Positions 1 to 9,460 of a DNA stretch of 39,661 nucleotides are shown one piece after another. Positions within the stretch are counted from its first letter, which is position 1, and each line of letters begins with the position of its first letter. A program made the position numbers and the translations under genes. Under the pieces are notes generated by a model. It was given only the letters and a program-made list of their open reading frames with translations. It did no database searches and had not been told where the DNA came from. Source of the DNA: Defluviitaleaceae bacterium (lineage in GTDB: Bacteria; Bacillota; Clostridia; Lachnospirales; WQUN01); NCBI GenBank assembly GCA_009785665.1, contig WQVV01000001.1, forward strand, positions 1 to 39,661, given 5' to 3'.

Positions 1-536
1 TCGTCTATTAGGTTTACTTCTATTGGGATTCTTTGGGTTGTTCTGGAGGTTGATAGGCTTGTGTCTGGTAAGGTTGCGTTGCCTATGGCTGCTACGTAGC
101 CTTGAAATCTTTGTCTTCCGAAGGTGTCTATTCTTACATAAACTTCTTGCCCTAGTTGTACGTTTAGAATATCTGTTTCTTCAATGTTCGCCTGTATGTG
201 AACTTTGCTGATGTCGGAAATTACGGCTATGGTTTCCATTGGCGATACCCGTTGGCCTTGCACTACGTTTGTTTGCATTACCAATCCATTTATGGGGGCG
301 CGCATGGATTCGCCGCCTTCAATCCAGCCTAGTCTTTCGCCAGAGGTTACTTCTTGGCCCTCTTGTACGGTTAGCCGTTCTACTACGCCTGCGGTGGTTG
401 CAGTTACTGGAATCATTGTGGTTGCTACTTGTGCGTCGTCGGTAGCTATGAAGCCTGCGTTATGCCATATGATTCCCCCTATTACACTGCCGCCTACAAG
501 TGCTACTGCCAAAATTGTTGCTATTGCCTTTTTCAT
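1..536 (-). CDS. HlyD-family membrane-fusion/adaptor protein, N-terminal part (3' end runs off the left edge)
   Basis: The minus-strand frame is open from 536 to the window edge. ATG 536-534 is preceded by AAAGGAGG (544-551) at 7 nt. The translation MKKAIATILAVALVGGSVIGGIIWHNAGFIATDDAQVATTMIPVTATTAGVVERLTVQEGQEVTSGERLGWIE shows an N-terminal TM helix followed by the lipoyl-like hairpin typical of HlyD/EmrA adaptors. It is absent from the ORF track because it has no stop inside the window. Confidence 0.7.
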   Translation of the reverse strand, partial: MKKAIATILAVALVGGSVIGGIIWHNAGFIATDDAQVATTMIPVTATTAGVVERLTVQEGQEVTSGERLGWIEGGESMRAPINGLVMQTNVVQGQRVSPMETIAVISDISKVHIQANIEETDILNVQLGQEVYVRIDTFGRQRFQGYVAAIGNATLPDTSLSTSRTTQRIPIEVNLID

Positions 537-1250
537 GATAACGCCTCCTTTATTTGATGGGTCTTGCTTTGCGTATACTACTGCGAATATTAGGGAAAGT
601 ACTACTACATTTGCAAAGATTATTCCGAAACTTTCGATTGCTTCGTTTCTGGTGACATCTGTGTCAACAATGTTCATTGTGTAGAAAATTCGGAAAATGT
701 TTTGCATGGTTTGATTACCGCTCATGTTTGCTAGAAATGGGCCGAAGCTTATTACAAGCCCTGCGACGGAGCTTAAACCAATTGCGCCCTGCTCGTTGCT
801 TGAACCCATGCCCACGATTGCGCCTAGTAAAATTGAGGCAATCGAGCCTAGTAGTAGCGAACATGTCATCACAAAAATTTGAATAGCGGAGGCATTTGGC
901 ATCATTATGGCAAGTGCGGTACAGCCTATTACTGAAAATGTGAAAAATACTCCGCCAATTCCTAATAGATACTCGTGAGACTTCACCCCCGCCATTAGCA
1001 GAAAGCGCAGCGAGTTTCGTTCTCTGTCTTCCGCAATAACGGGTGCTACCGAGCCTACAATCGCCATACCAACAAACATTCCCGCGAACATTGTTACAAA
1101 GGCTGATTCGGACATACCAGGCATGTTCATGTCTACTACGTTGGTCATTAGAAATGCCATTACGGGGTATATTATGAACTGACTTAGCACAGCTGGGTTT
1201 TTTATTACGTCCTGTAACTGCTTGATGTATATGGATTTCGCGCTATTCAA
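537..1250 (-). CDS. ABC-2 type transporter permease (no in-frame stop before the HlyD start)
   Basis: TTG at 1250 lies 9 nt after GGAG and overlaps the ATPase stop. The translation NSAKSIYIKQLQDVIKNPAVLSQFIIYPVMAF...IAEDRERNSLRFLLMAGV...VVLSLIFAVVYAKQ is multi-pass hydrophobic and ABC-2-like. I checked the frame codon by codon and found no stop between 1265 and position 3. Confidence 0.7.
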
Positions 1251-1944
1251 ATAAATCAGCTCCTGTCATTTTCATGAATACGTTGCCAAGGTCGGGGACG
1301 TTGCGCATGGAATTGTGGCGGGTACATATTTCCATTGGGTTGCCTTGTTCTACTATTGTGCCTTTGTGTAATAGCACTACGCGGTCGCAGAGTTTTACGG
1401 CTTCGTCCATGTTGTGCGTTGTTAGAAAAATTGTTGCGCCGCGATTTCTTATTTGCTGAATTAACTCGTGTATGCCTTCGGTGGTTCTGGGGTCTAGCGC
1501 GCTGGTTGGTTCGTCTAGGAACAGCACCTTTGGCGAATGCAAAATGGCTCGTGCTATGGCTAGACGCTGGCGCATTCCTTTTGATAATGTTGCGACTGAT
1601 TTTTTTGCGGCATCAGCTAGACCTACGTTTTCTAGGGCTTCCATTGATTTTTCTAGCGGCATACTGTAAATTCGGCTAAACACGTTTAGATTATCCAAAC
1701 AGCTTAGGCGAGGATATAATCCGTCTTCGTCAAGCATCAAACCCGTTTCAAATGGCGTGACATCTACTTGCGCAATGCCGCTGTCTACTTCAAGTTGATG
1801 CGTTAGTATATTGATAATTGTGGTTTTTCCCGACCCAGAAGGCCCTAGCATTCCGAAAATTTCTTTCTCGCGCACCTCGAAACTTACGCCCTGTAGTACT
1901 TTTTGCTCGCCAAAACTTTTTTCTATGCTAGTAACTTTAATCAT
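1243..1944 (-). CDS. ABC transporter ATP-binding protein
   Basis: Walker A GPSGSGKTT, ABC signature LSKGMRQR and Walker B LFLDEPTSALD. The start overlaps the end of the merR-like gene (1937-1944). Confidence 0.9.
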   Translation of the reverse strand: MIKVTSIEKSFGEQKVLQGVSFEVREKEIFGMLGPSGSGKTTIINILTHQLEVDSGIAQVDVTPFETGLMLDEDGLYPRLSCLDNLNVFSRIYSMPLEKSMEALENVGLADAAKKSVATLSKGMRQRLAIARAILHSPKVLFLDEPTSALDPRTTEGIHELIQQIRNRGATIFLTTHNMDEAVKLCDRVVLLHKGTIVEQGNPMEICTRHNSMRNVPDLGNVFMKMTGADLFE

Positions 1945-2731
1945 GTGAATCCCCCTTTAAAAGGTCTATCCCTTCGTCGTAAATGCCTTGTATCTGTTGT
2001 GCATCATGAATGAATGGCGCGACTTGTTGCCATTTTTTCGCGAACTCACTTGTATCAAACTCGATTTTGCGCTCAAAGTCTTGTAAGCTGAAAAGTAAAC
2101 TCATATCGCCGTCCAAGAACTCGTGAATCATACTTGCGAATGATTCCAAAAGCTTTCTGCCTTTTGGGCTGTTTGGCGTTATATCTTCTGACTGCGCTTG
2201 AATTATCTTGTCAAATATGTTCATCATTCGTTGGTAGAAATTTATATTGTCCGAACCAAGCACGCCGAATTTATTAATAACATGGGCGCGTAAATCTGGT
2301 TTCATATTTTTGAAAGCCCAGAGACTATCCCTATTCTCCTTTACACTCGAAAGAACTTTTGCATACGCAGTAAAATCTATACTATTGCTATGCTTAATCT
2401 CCGACTCCAAAATTTCCAGCGCGTACAATGTATCTTGCAAGTTCTGAATATTTGCCGCTATTGTTTCCTTTTGTCCCTCCAAGATTCTCAAAACCGCACT
2501 TGGTTCGTCTAGCGATACCATACGCTCTTTGATTTCAGTCAAGGATAACCCCAACTCTTTCAAGCCTTTAATCTGATGCAAAATAACCAGTTCCTTGCTA
2601 GTATAAAGCCGATTACCGCCCTCGCTATGCGACGCAGGTTTAAGCAACCCTGATTTATCATAAAACTGCACAGTACGTACAGAAACGCCCGCTTCACGCG
2701 CCAACTCACCAACAGACATATATTTTTCCAT
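1937..2731 (-). CDS. MerR-family transcriptional regulator with a C-terminal effector domain
   Basis: N-terminal HTH MSVGELAREAGVSVRTVQFYDKSGLLKP followed by a coiled-coil region. It is the first gene of the operon with the ABC exporter. Confidence 0.85.
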   Translation of the reverse strand: MEKYMSVGELAREAGVSVRTVQFYDKSGLLKPASHSEGGNRLYTSKELVILHQIKGLKELGLSLTEIKERMVSLDEPSAVLRILEGQKETIAANIQNLQDTLYALEILESEIKHSNSIDFTAYAKVLSSVKENRDSLWAFKNMKPDLRAHVINKFGVLGSDNINFYQRMMNIFDKIIQAQSEDITPNSPKGRKLLESFASMIHEFLDGDMSLLFSLQDFERKIEFDTSEFAKKWQQVAPFIHDAQQIQGIYDEGIDLLKGDSHD

Positions 2732-2763
2732 CTCGCGACCCCTAACTTTTTCTTGATGATTGT

Positions 2764-2794
2764 AATATAACGTATTACGTTACGTCATATGCAA
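2764..2794 (-). promoter_or_regulatory. MerR-type promoter: TTGCAT, 19-bp spacer, TATATT, with a dyad in the spacer
   Basis: On the minus strand the -35 TTGCAT is at 2794-2789 and the -10 TATATT at 2769-2764. The spacer is exactly 19 nt (2770-2788). The 13-nt palindrome AACGTATTACGTT (2769-2781) lies inside the spacer. Confidence 0.6.
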
Positions 2795-2870
2795 GAGTTT
2801 TTTTTGCAAAGTTGCGCTATCGTTAAAAAATAGATTATAATGAAAATCAAATACATAAGGAGGCACAAAA

Positions 2871-3530
2871 ATGATAAATTTCAAACTACCCAAGCTAGTA
2901 ATCTTCGACATGGACGGAACCATGTTGGACACAGAACCAACTTCCCTAGCGGCAATGATTCGCGCAGGAAAGGAAATGGGCTATGAAATCACGCAAGAAG
3001 TAGGCGAGTCGCTAATGGGAAAAAGTATCGTATGGTGTAAGCGGATTCTGCGCGAGCAATACGGCGAAGGATTTGACATTGAAAAAGCCCTGCGACTGCA
3101 CAAAGTCTACACGCGAGCATTTTATGAAAAAAACGGAATACCCACCAAAGCAGGACTATACCCCATGTTGGACAAGTTGGAATCGCTGGGCATAAAAAAA
3201 TGCGTAGCCACATCAACAGCAAAGGAATCGGCTATGCGAAAGCTGGAAAGCGTGAACATAGCGCATCGTTTTGAAGTAATTATCGGCGGTGACGAAGTAA
3301 AAAATGGCAAACCAGCCCCCGACATATTTCTAAAAGCGGCAGAAAGCTGCAACACAGCCCCAGAAGACTGCGTAATACTAGAAGACACCGAAGCGGGAGC
3401 ATTAGGCGCGACAGCCGCAGGAATCCGATTAATCTTAATCCCCGACATAGCCCCCTTAAATGAAGAAATCCGCGCAAAGGCGTTCGCCCTATGCACGGAT
3501 TTGAATGAAGTTGCAGAAATGTTTATCTAA
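2871..3530 (+). CDS. HAD-superfamily hydrolase (subfamily IA, phosphatase/beta-phosphoglucomutase-like)
   Basis: Motif I DMDGTMLDTE, motif II ATST and motif IV EDTEAG. The RBS is AAGGAGG upstream of ATG 2871. Confidence 0.85.
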   Translation: MINFKLPKLVIFDMDGTMLDTEPTSLAAMIRAGKEMGYEITQEVGESLMGKSIVWCKRILREQYGEGFDIEKALRLHKVYTRAFYEKNGIPTKAGLYPMLDKLESLGIKKCVATSTAKESAMRKLESVNIAHRFEVIIGGDEVKNGKPAPDIFLKAAESCNTAPEDCVILEDTEAGALGATAAGIRLILIPDIAPLNEEIRAKAFALCTDLNEVAEMFI

Positions 3531-4222
3531 TACAACGGCACAAGCGGCATAACAAAAGTAGCAATAGCCACAGAATGCAAAATAGAAGCGGCATTAACAA
3601 ACAGATGAAAAACCGAGTGCATATATTTCTTTTTCTTACCAACGGCGTAGAAAATTACGCCAACGGTATAAAGCACACCGCCAATCAGAATCAGTATAAA
3701 AAATGGAGCGGTGTATACATACACAAGTTGCTGAATGCGGAAAATAGCAATCCAACCCATGCCAAGGTAACATATTAGGGAAAAGTACCTAAACTTTTTT
3801 CGGTCAATGGCGGTTAGGGTTATGCCAATGATGGCAAGCCCCCAAAGGATTCCAAACATAATCCAAGCGTCAACGGTGTGAATCCTACGAAATTCTGATA
3901 GCAAAATCGGCGTATAAGTCCCCGCAATCAGCAGATAAATGGTACAATGGTCTAGTATGCGGAAAATTTTCTTGGGCATACCAATTCCAAGCCCGTGATA
4001 AATACTGGACGTTGTGAACAGCAAAATCACAGTAAAGCCGTAAATCATGCCGCTAACAATTCCCATCACATTATGATGATACGCCGCAATGATTACGCAA
4101 AACAACAACGCGACTAATCCAAGCCCTCCGCCAACGATATGCGTTATCATATTAAATCGTTCTTCACCTATTGTGTAGTTTGGCAAGTCCAATTTTATTC
4201 TTGATGATTTAGTTAAACTCAT
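3527..4222 (-). CDS. hemolysin III / PAQR-family channel protein
   Basis: Seven predicted TM segments. It carries the family-typical N-terminal EERFNMITH and C-terminal HSVFHLFV histidine motifs. The RBS is TAGGAGG. Confidence 0.85.
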   Translation of the reverse strand: MSLTKSSRIKLDLPNYTIGEERFNMITHIVGGGLGLVALLFCVIIAAYHHNVMGIVSGMIYGFTVILLFTTSSIYHGLGIGMPKKIFRILDHCTIYLLIAGTYTPILLSEFRRIHTVDAWIMFGILWGLAIIGITLTAIDRKKFRYFSLICYLGMGWIAIFRIQQLVYVYTAPFFILILIGGVLYTVGVIFYAVGKKKKYMHSVFHLFVNAASILHSVAIATFVMPLVPLY

Positions 4223-4391
4223 TTGTTACGCCTCCTAAGCCCAATTTCAAATGAAATCGCTTTATCTTACATACTTTACCTATTGTAACCAATCTACACC
4301 CATAGGGCAAGAAAATGTCACAAATTAAATCGCTGGATTGTTATACAGGTGTTCAAACGTTTGAAACAAAACAAAACGGGGTGAGAATTTA

Positions 4392-4895
4392 GTGCGGCAC
4401 GAACTGGAAAGTCTAATAGACCAATACAGCGAAAAACTTCTGCGGTACGCAACATCAATATTGTACAATCACCAAGACGCGGAAGACGTGGTGCAAGATG
4501 TGTTTATGGCCGCGCACCAAAAAAGCGCGGAAACAACAGACAACATCTCTGCATGGCTGTACAAGGTCACATACAACAAAAGCATAAACAAGCTTAATCG
4601 GCGGAAATTCTTATTTTTCGGGGATATTCCCGAAAACACAGTTGCGAGTTCTGCACGAACGGGTTTGAGCGAAGAAATGCATTACGCGCTAAGTTTGCTA
4701 AAACCCCACGACAGAGCCTTAATTTACTCGCGAATCGTAGAGGGCTACAACTACGACGAATTATCCCTACAAATGGGAACATCAGCCGCGGCCTTACGCA
4801 AGCGATACGAGCGAGCAAAAAAGAAGCTGTCGGACTATTTTGAAAATTCCGACAATCGCGAACAATTCGCAAAAACAGAAGGGAGCAGAACGTGA
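4392..4895 (+). CDS. ECF (sigma-70 family, group 4) RNA polymerase sigma factor
   Basis: Region 2 DAEDVVQDVFMAAH...WLYKVTYNKSIN and region 4 YDELSLQMGTSAAALRKRYERAKKKL. GTG start after GGGGTGAG. Confidence 0.85.
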   Translation: MRHELESLIDQYSEKLLRYATSILYNHQDAEDVVQDVFMAAHQKSAETTDNISAWLYKVTYNKSINKLNRRKFLFFGDIPENTVASSARTGLSEEMHYALSLLKPHDRALIYSRIVEGYNYDELSLQMGTSAAALRKRYERAKKKLSDYFENSDNREQFAKTEGSRT

Positions 4896-5938
4896 ACAAT
4901 TTTGACTCTTTCGACTCTTTCGACTCTTTTGACAAACTAGAACAGCGTATTCACGATACGCTCACCGAAATAGAAGTAGACACCCAAGGATTTAAGGAGC
5001 GATTCAGCATGAACAACATGGATAAAAAACAAAAAAAACCATATCGCAGATTTGCAATGGCGGCGGCGGCACTTTTGGTGTTTGTGGCAATATCGGCAAC
5101 AGCATACGCCGCAGGCGGTGGGCTAGAGCAATTTCTATCGCGATTCAACCCAGCGTTTGGCGACTTGGCAGTTCAGCCATTAGAAGCCGTATACGCAGAA
5201 GACCAAGGCATTCGCTTTGAGGTAATCGGCGCACAGCAAATAGGCAGTTTCATTCTTATGTACATGACCATGCAGGATATGACAGGCGAAAACCGCCTAA
5301 ACCGTGACACATGGCCAGACTTTGAAGTATTTACAGATGGCAACCCAGTAGGCGGAGCAGGAAGCACCCGCAGGTTGCACTTCGATAGCAATGAAAATCG
5401 CATATACTTTGAAAAGCTAATCACAGGAGAACTGGGCATTCCCCGCGCCGAAGTTTTGGAAATAGGGGCAACGTCGGTTTTGTACACAGGATTCGGGCTT
5501 GACGTATCTCGTCCTCATCAGCCAACAGCAACTATAACAGAGGAAATCCAAACCGCAGAACCAACACCACAAGCAGGGCAAATGATGCATCATATACGCG
5601 GCGAATGGCGAATATCGCTTAACCTAGGCGAAGACATGCACACTGTACTAACATGGACAGATTTGCAGGTAGGAGATTTTTATATTGATTACATGTCCCT
5701 AACCCCACTAGGGCTTAGATTTGCGGGACACGGATATAATTTCTTACCATACGTTGACCGTCCCACCGTAGAAATTGAATTAGAAAACCGCCGCCGCAAC
5801 CTAAGATTTAGAGGACGTTCAGGGGGATTGGGTTACGATTCATTCGAGTTCACCTTCTTCGCCGAGCGCGCCCCCATTGACGTAGATGCTGTAACAGCCG
5901 TAATCATTGACGGTGTGAGAATTACTCCACTCCCCTAA
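4892..5938 (+). CDS. putative anti-sigma factor: single-pass membrane protein translationally coupled to the ECF sigma gene
   Basis: A GTGA start/stop overlap links it to the sigma gene. It has a cytoplasmic N-terminus, one TM helix (FAMAAAALLVFVAISATAYAA) and a ~270-aa extracytoplasmic domain. This arrangement is typical of Firmicutes sigma/anti-sigma pairs. Confidence 0.6.
   Translation: MNNFDSFDSFDSFDKLEQRIHDTLTEIEVDTQGFKERFSMNNMDKKQKKPYRRFAMAAAALLVFVAISATAYAAGGGLEQFLSRFNPAFGDLAVQPLEAVYAEDQGIRFEVIGAQQIGSFILMYMTMQDMTGENRLNRDTWPDFEVFTDGNPVGGAGSTRRLHFDSNENRIYFEKLITGELGIPRAEVLEIGATSVLYTGFGLDVSRPHQPTATITEEIQTAEPTPQAGQMMHHIRGEWRISLNLGEDMHTVLTWTDLQVGDFYIDYMSLTPLGLRFAGHGYNFLPYVDRPTVEIELENRRRNLRFRGRSGGLGYDSFEFTFFAERAPIDVDAVTAVIIDGVRITPLP
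4901..4933 (+). repeat. 9-bp tandem repeat (GACTCTTTC x3 plus a partial unit) encoding FDSFDSFDSFD
   Basis: Direct reading gives units at 4904-4912, 4913-4921 and 4922-4930, then GAC. Confidence 0.9.
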
Positions 5939-8324
5939 AGAAATGCCCAAAGGTGTAATTCTTGTTTTCACCCTTGTAATTTTCCGCCGAGCCGTGTAAA
6001 TGCTTCTGGTATCGTAGTATTGTGTCCGTAATGGCTTCGTCGGTTTCATCTGTAAACAAAAGGCGCAGGTATTCTATACCTGTGTCTTTTATTTCTTTGA
6101 AACGAGCGGCAGTGTCTAGGGTTTTGCTGTTTAGAATATGTGTTATGCAGTTTTCGCAATCTGTGATTACTGGGAATTTAATATCTTTTCTATCCAGCAA
6201 AACGTAATCTGCTCGCGAAAATCTTTCACTGCAAAACTTGCCGTTCTTATCCGCGCCATACAAACCCACAGGACAATTATGCGTAGACATCAAAATTTGC
6301 CGTCCATACACAATAATTTCGCAATTTTCCGAAGGCATACGCTTTAATTGCTTCGCGGTAAGTTCTTGCGAAAGCGTAACCCCAGCATCACCAAATGCCC
6401 TAGCCGAAGAATTGTTGAAAACATTAAAATTATAGTCCAGCATAATTTTCTTTTTCGTTTTGAGAAAATCCCGTAAAATGTTCAACTGCCCATAAGTCGC
6501 CACTAAATACCCATCAAAATTTGCGTCTTCCAGTTCCCGCACGCGGGTTTTGAGGGCTTCTTCATCAGCATTGCGGCTAACTGACGGCATTGCTAAAAAA
6601 ATCTCTGCACGAGATTCTGGTAGCTTGTCTAGGATTTCTGTAGTGACTTGTTTCATATCTACATACACGCGAGATATATCATGCTCAAGAACCGCGTTTA
6701 AATGGCGTATGTCCATAATTTGCACAGTAAGCTTTTGCGCTTGTGCAGACGCGATAGACTGCTTGGGAATTATCAAGTCTTCTGGCGCAAGTCGTGTTTT
6801 TGACGTGAGAATCATTTCTTCCAAGCTTTTAACAACGTCCCGCCGAACTTCATTCAACGCAAGCTTGCTTACGAAAATATTCTCATCCACATTCACGTTT
6901 TCAAACGTAATCGCGAAGGGCGAGTTGCCCATCTTTGACAATTGCGCGATTAATTCATCTTTGCCAAGCGGAGCGTTTTTTGCTTCTTCCACTACGCTCT
7001 GGCTACACGCTTCCACAATTATCTTACTGGCTTCGAGACGCGCATGTAGCTTAGAATGCATGTCCTCGGCGAAAAGCGGCTGTGCCGCTGCCGCTAACTT
7101 TACGGGCTTGCCTAGTTTTGCCTCTACGCTTCCGATAATTGAAGTCTTTGGTGTGTCGGCGGAGAGGGCTTTTTTTGTTTCGTCGATTAGCCTTTTGTCG
7201 TAGGACTTGTAAACGTCGTTGCCTACTTCGATATTGCCTTCTATTGAAATTACGGCTGTATCATTTGGCTTCATCAACTTGGAAATGCCCGTGCCAACAT
7301 TCGCGCCTTTGTTTGTCCATATTTCTATGCCATCACCTGCTAACATTTCCTTCGCGAATCTTATTGAACATTTTCCCTTTTTGTATTTTGTAACTGTACC
7401 ACAAAATACCCCCGTGCTTTTGGGAGTTTCGGTACTCATCATGGTCGCGCCGCCATACGTTTTAAAATAACCCGTAGAAAAACTTCCGCCACGATTAAAA
7501 ACCTGCGTAACATCATTAATAACACGCTTGTCTATTTTTGCGTGGTCTAGCTGGTCGCGGTATGCCTTGGTTACTACATGCACGTACTCGGGGCTTTTCA
7601 TGCGGCCTTCTATTTTTAATGCGGTTACACCTGTTTTTGTTATTTCGTCAAGCATATCCAAAGTCATCATGTCTTTTGTGCTTAGTAGATGCCCGCTTTT
7701 GATAACTTCGCCGTCTTCCAAGAAATCGTAAACCAATCGGCAAGGCTGTGCGCACTTCCCACGATTACCACTTCGACCGCCAACCATTCCCGACAAAAGA
7801 CACTGCCCAGAATACGATACACAAAGCGCGCCGTGTACAAACACTTCCGTTTCAACATCTTTGTGCGCCTGCGTAATCTGCGAAATTTCCGCCAACGAAA
7901 GTTCGCGACTTAACACAACCCTAGAGAACCCAGCCTTAGCCATAAAGCCAACGCCCTCCGCGCTATGAACCGTCATTTGAGTACTAGCATGTAATCTAAT
8001 ATCGGGAAGATTATTTTTAATCAACTCCGCAAGCCCAATGTCTTGCAGAATAAACGCAGATACTCCCATTCTGTAAACCTCTCTTGCGAATGAAAGCACC
8101 TGCGGCAATTCCTCGTTGCTATACAAAGTGTTTAGCGTGACATATATTTTCACGCCTCGTAACGCAGCGTAATCCGTTAAATTTTCGATTTCTTCTTCCG
8201 TAAAATTTTTTGCAAAACCACGCGCACTATAGCTTTTTCCACCCAAATAAATAGCGTCTGCCCCTGCGTTTATTGCGGCTTTCGCGCTATCCATATCTCC
8301 TGCGGGTGATAATAACTCCGTCAT
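5922..8324 (-). CDS. U32-family peptidase, long (~800 aa) form
   Basis: The N-terminus [27 protein letters not shown] and the segment [29 protein letters not shown] are characteristic of the U32 family. ATGA start/stop overlap with leuB. Confidence 0.85.
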   Translation of the reverse strand: MTELLSPAGDMDSAKAAINAGADAIYLGGKSYSARGFAKNFTEEEIENLTDYAALRGVKIYVTLNTLYSNEELPQVLSFAREVYRMGVSAFILQDIGLAELIKNNLPDIRLHASTQMTVHSAEGVGFMAKAGFSRVVLSRELSLAEISQITQAHKDVETEVFVHGALCVSYSGQCLLSGMVGGRSGNRGKCAQPCRLVYDFLEDGEVIKSGHLLSTKDMMTLDMLDEITKTGVTALKIEGRMKSPEYVHVVTKAYRDQLDHAKIDKRVINDVTQVFNRGGSFSTGYFKTYGGATMMSTETPKSTGVFCGTVTKYKKGKCSIRFAKEMLAGDGIEIWTNKGANVGTGISKLMKPNDTAVISIEGNIEVGNDVYKSYDKRLIDETKKALSADTPKTSIIGSVEAKLGKPVKLAAAAQPLFAEDMHSKLHARLEASKIIVEACSQSVVEEAKNAPLGKDELIAQLSKMGNSPFAITFENVNVDENIFVSKLALNEVRRDVVKSLEEMILTSKTRLAPEDLIIPKQSIASAQAQKLTVQIMDIRHLNAVLEHDISRVYVDMKQVTTEILDKLPESRAEIFLAMPSVSRNADEEALKTRVRELEDANFDGYLVATYGQLNILRDFLKTKKKIMLDYNFNVFNNSSARAFGDAGVTLSQELTAKQLKRMPSENCEIIVYGRQILMSTHNCPVGLYGADKNGKFCSERFSRADYVLLDRKDIKFPVITDCENCITHILNSKTLDTAARFKEIKDTGIEYLRLLFTDETDEAITDTILRYQKHLHGSAENYKGENKNYTFGHFFRGVE
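7027..7092 (+). repeat. Repeat family A, copy 4, inside the U32 peptidase ORF and in frame
   Basis: Sequence is CTGGCTTCGAGACG...CGGCGAAAAGCGGCTGTGCCGCTGCC. It is 66 nt and is translated on the minus strand as [22 protein letters not shown]. Confidence 0.85.
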
Positions 8325-9400
8325 GCTTTAACAGCTTCTAAAATTAATCGTCCCATTTCCTTTGTGCCAACAAGACGCATTCCGTCAGACATAATATCGC
8401 CTGTACGAACGCCACTTTCCAGCACTTTCGCGACTGCGTTTTCAATTGCTTTAGCTTCTGCATCTAGGTTAAAGGTATACTGCAACATCATAGCGGCAGA
8501 CAAAATTGTAGCAATTGGGTTTGCCTTGTCTTGCCCCGCAATATCGGGCGCAGAACCGTGAATAGGCTCATACATACCAAAGCCGTCCTTGTTCAAACTG
8601 GCAGAAGGCAACATTCCAATCGAACCAGTAATCTGGCTTGCTTCGTCCGAAAGAATATCCCCAAACATATTTGTAGTCACCATAACATCATAAGAACTAG
8701 GGTCGCGAATAATCTGCATAGCCGCATTATCAATGTAAAGATGGTCTAGCGCGACGTCAGGGTAATCTTTTGCAACCTCCAAAATCACCTCGCGCCAAAG
8801 CCGCGAAGATTCCAAAACATTAGCCTTATCAACATTGGTTAGCTTTTTCTTACGCTTACGCGCCATCTCAAACGCGGAAATTGCAATGCGCCTAACCTCT
8901 TCTGTTGCATACATTTCCGTGTCCCAAGCGGCAAGTCCCAATTCTGTTTCCTTACGCCCACGGTCGCCAAAATACATACCGCCCGTAAGCTCCCGAACAA
9001 TCATAATATCAATACCACCAGCCGCAATATCGGCACGAAGCGGGCAAGCGTCCTTCAAAGCATCATGCAGAACCGCAGGGCGCAAATTAGCATAAAGCCC
9101 CAACGCACTACGAAGCCCCAACAACGCACGTTCTGGACGCATGTTTCCAGGCAGAACATCCCATTTCCACCCACCAACAGCCCCTAAAAGAACCGCATCA
9201 CTCTTTTTGCAAACCGCTACAGTTTCATCAGGCAACGGAACTCCCGTTTCATCAATAGCAATGCCACCCGCTAAGACTTCCGTAAACTCAAACGTATGCC
9301 CAAAAAGCTCTCCAATTTTCTCCAGAACTTTCACAGTTTCTACAACAATTTCAGGCCCAATACCATCACCCGAAATTGTTGCTATTTTATAATTTGCCAT
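8321..9400 (-). CDS. leuB: 3-isopropylmalate dehydrogenase
   Basis: The N-terminus [20 protein letters not shown] and the C-terminal [14 protein letters not shown] are typical of isopropylmalate/isocitrate dehydrogenases. The gene lies in a leuCD context. Confidence 0.92.
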   Translation of the reverse strand: MANYKIATISGDGIGPEIVVETVKVLEKIGELFGHTFEFTEVLAGGIAIDETGVPLPDETVAVCKKSDAVLLGAVGGWKWDVLPGNMRPERALLGLRSALGLYANLRPAVLHDALKDACPLRADIAAGGIDIMIVRELTGGMYFGDRGRKETELGLAAWDTEMYATEEVRRIAISAFEMARKRKKKLTNVDKANVLESSRLWREVILEVAKDYPDVALDHLYIDNAAMQIIRDPSSYDVMVTTNMFGDILSDEASQITGSIGMLPSASLNKDGFGMYEPIHGSAPDIAGQDKANPIATILSAAMMLQYTFNLDAEAKAIENAVAKVLESGVRTGDIMSDGMRLVGTKEMGRLILEAVKA

Positions 9401-9460
9401 GTCAAAACTCCTTATGGTTTTTTCAACTCGCTTTTTAAATCTGCTATCATCTGTTCGATA

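Noticed and set aside
205-886. Plus-strand ORFs of 159, 68 and 69 aa at the left edge
   Set aside because: They are antisense to the continuous permease/HlyD frame. Their translations are low-complexity (Pro/Ser/Thr/Leu/Arg-rich), they lack an RBS, and the minus-strand frame gives clear family-like sequence.
4315-4392. 25-codon mini-ORF ending at the ECF sigma GTG start
   Set aside because: It has a weak RBS (AGGG) and no conservation evidence available. It is probably a chance ORF in the promoter region.
6550-7203. 217-aa plus-strand ORF inside the U32 peptidase gene
   Set aside because: It is antisense to a well-supported CDS. The Ser/Ala/Ile-rich translation is typical of the reverse frame of a coding region.
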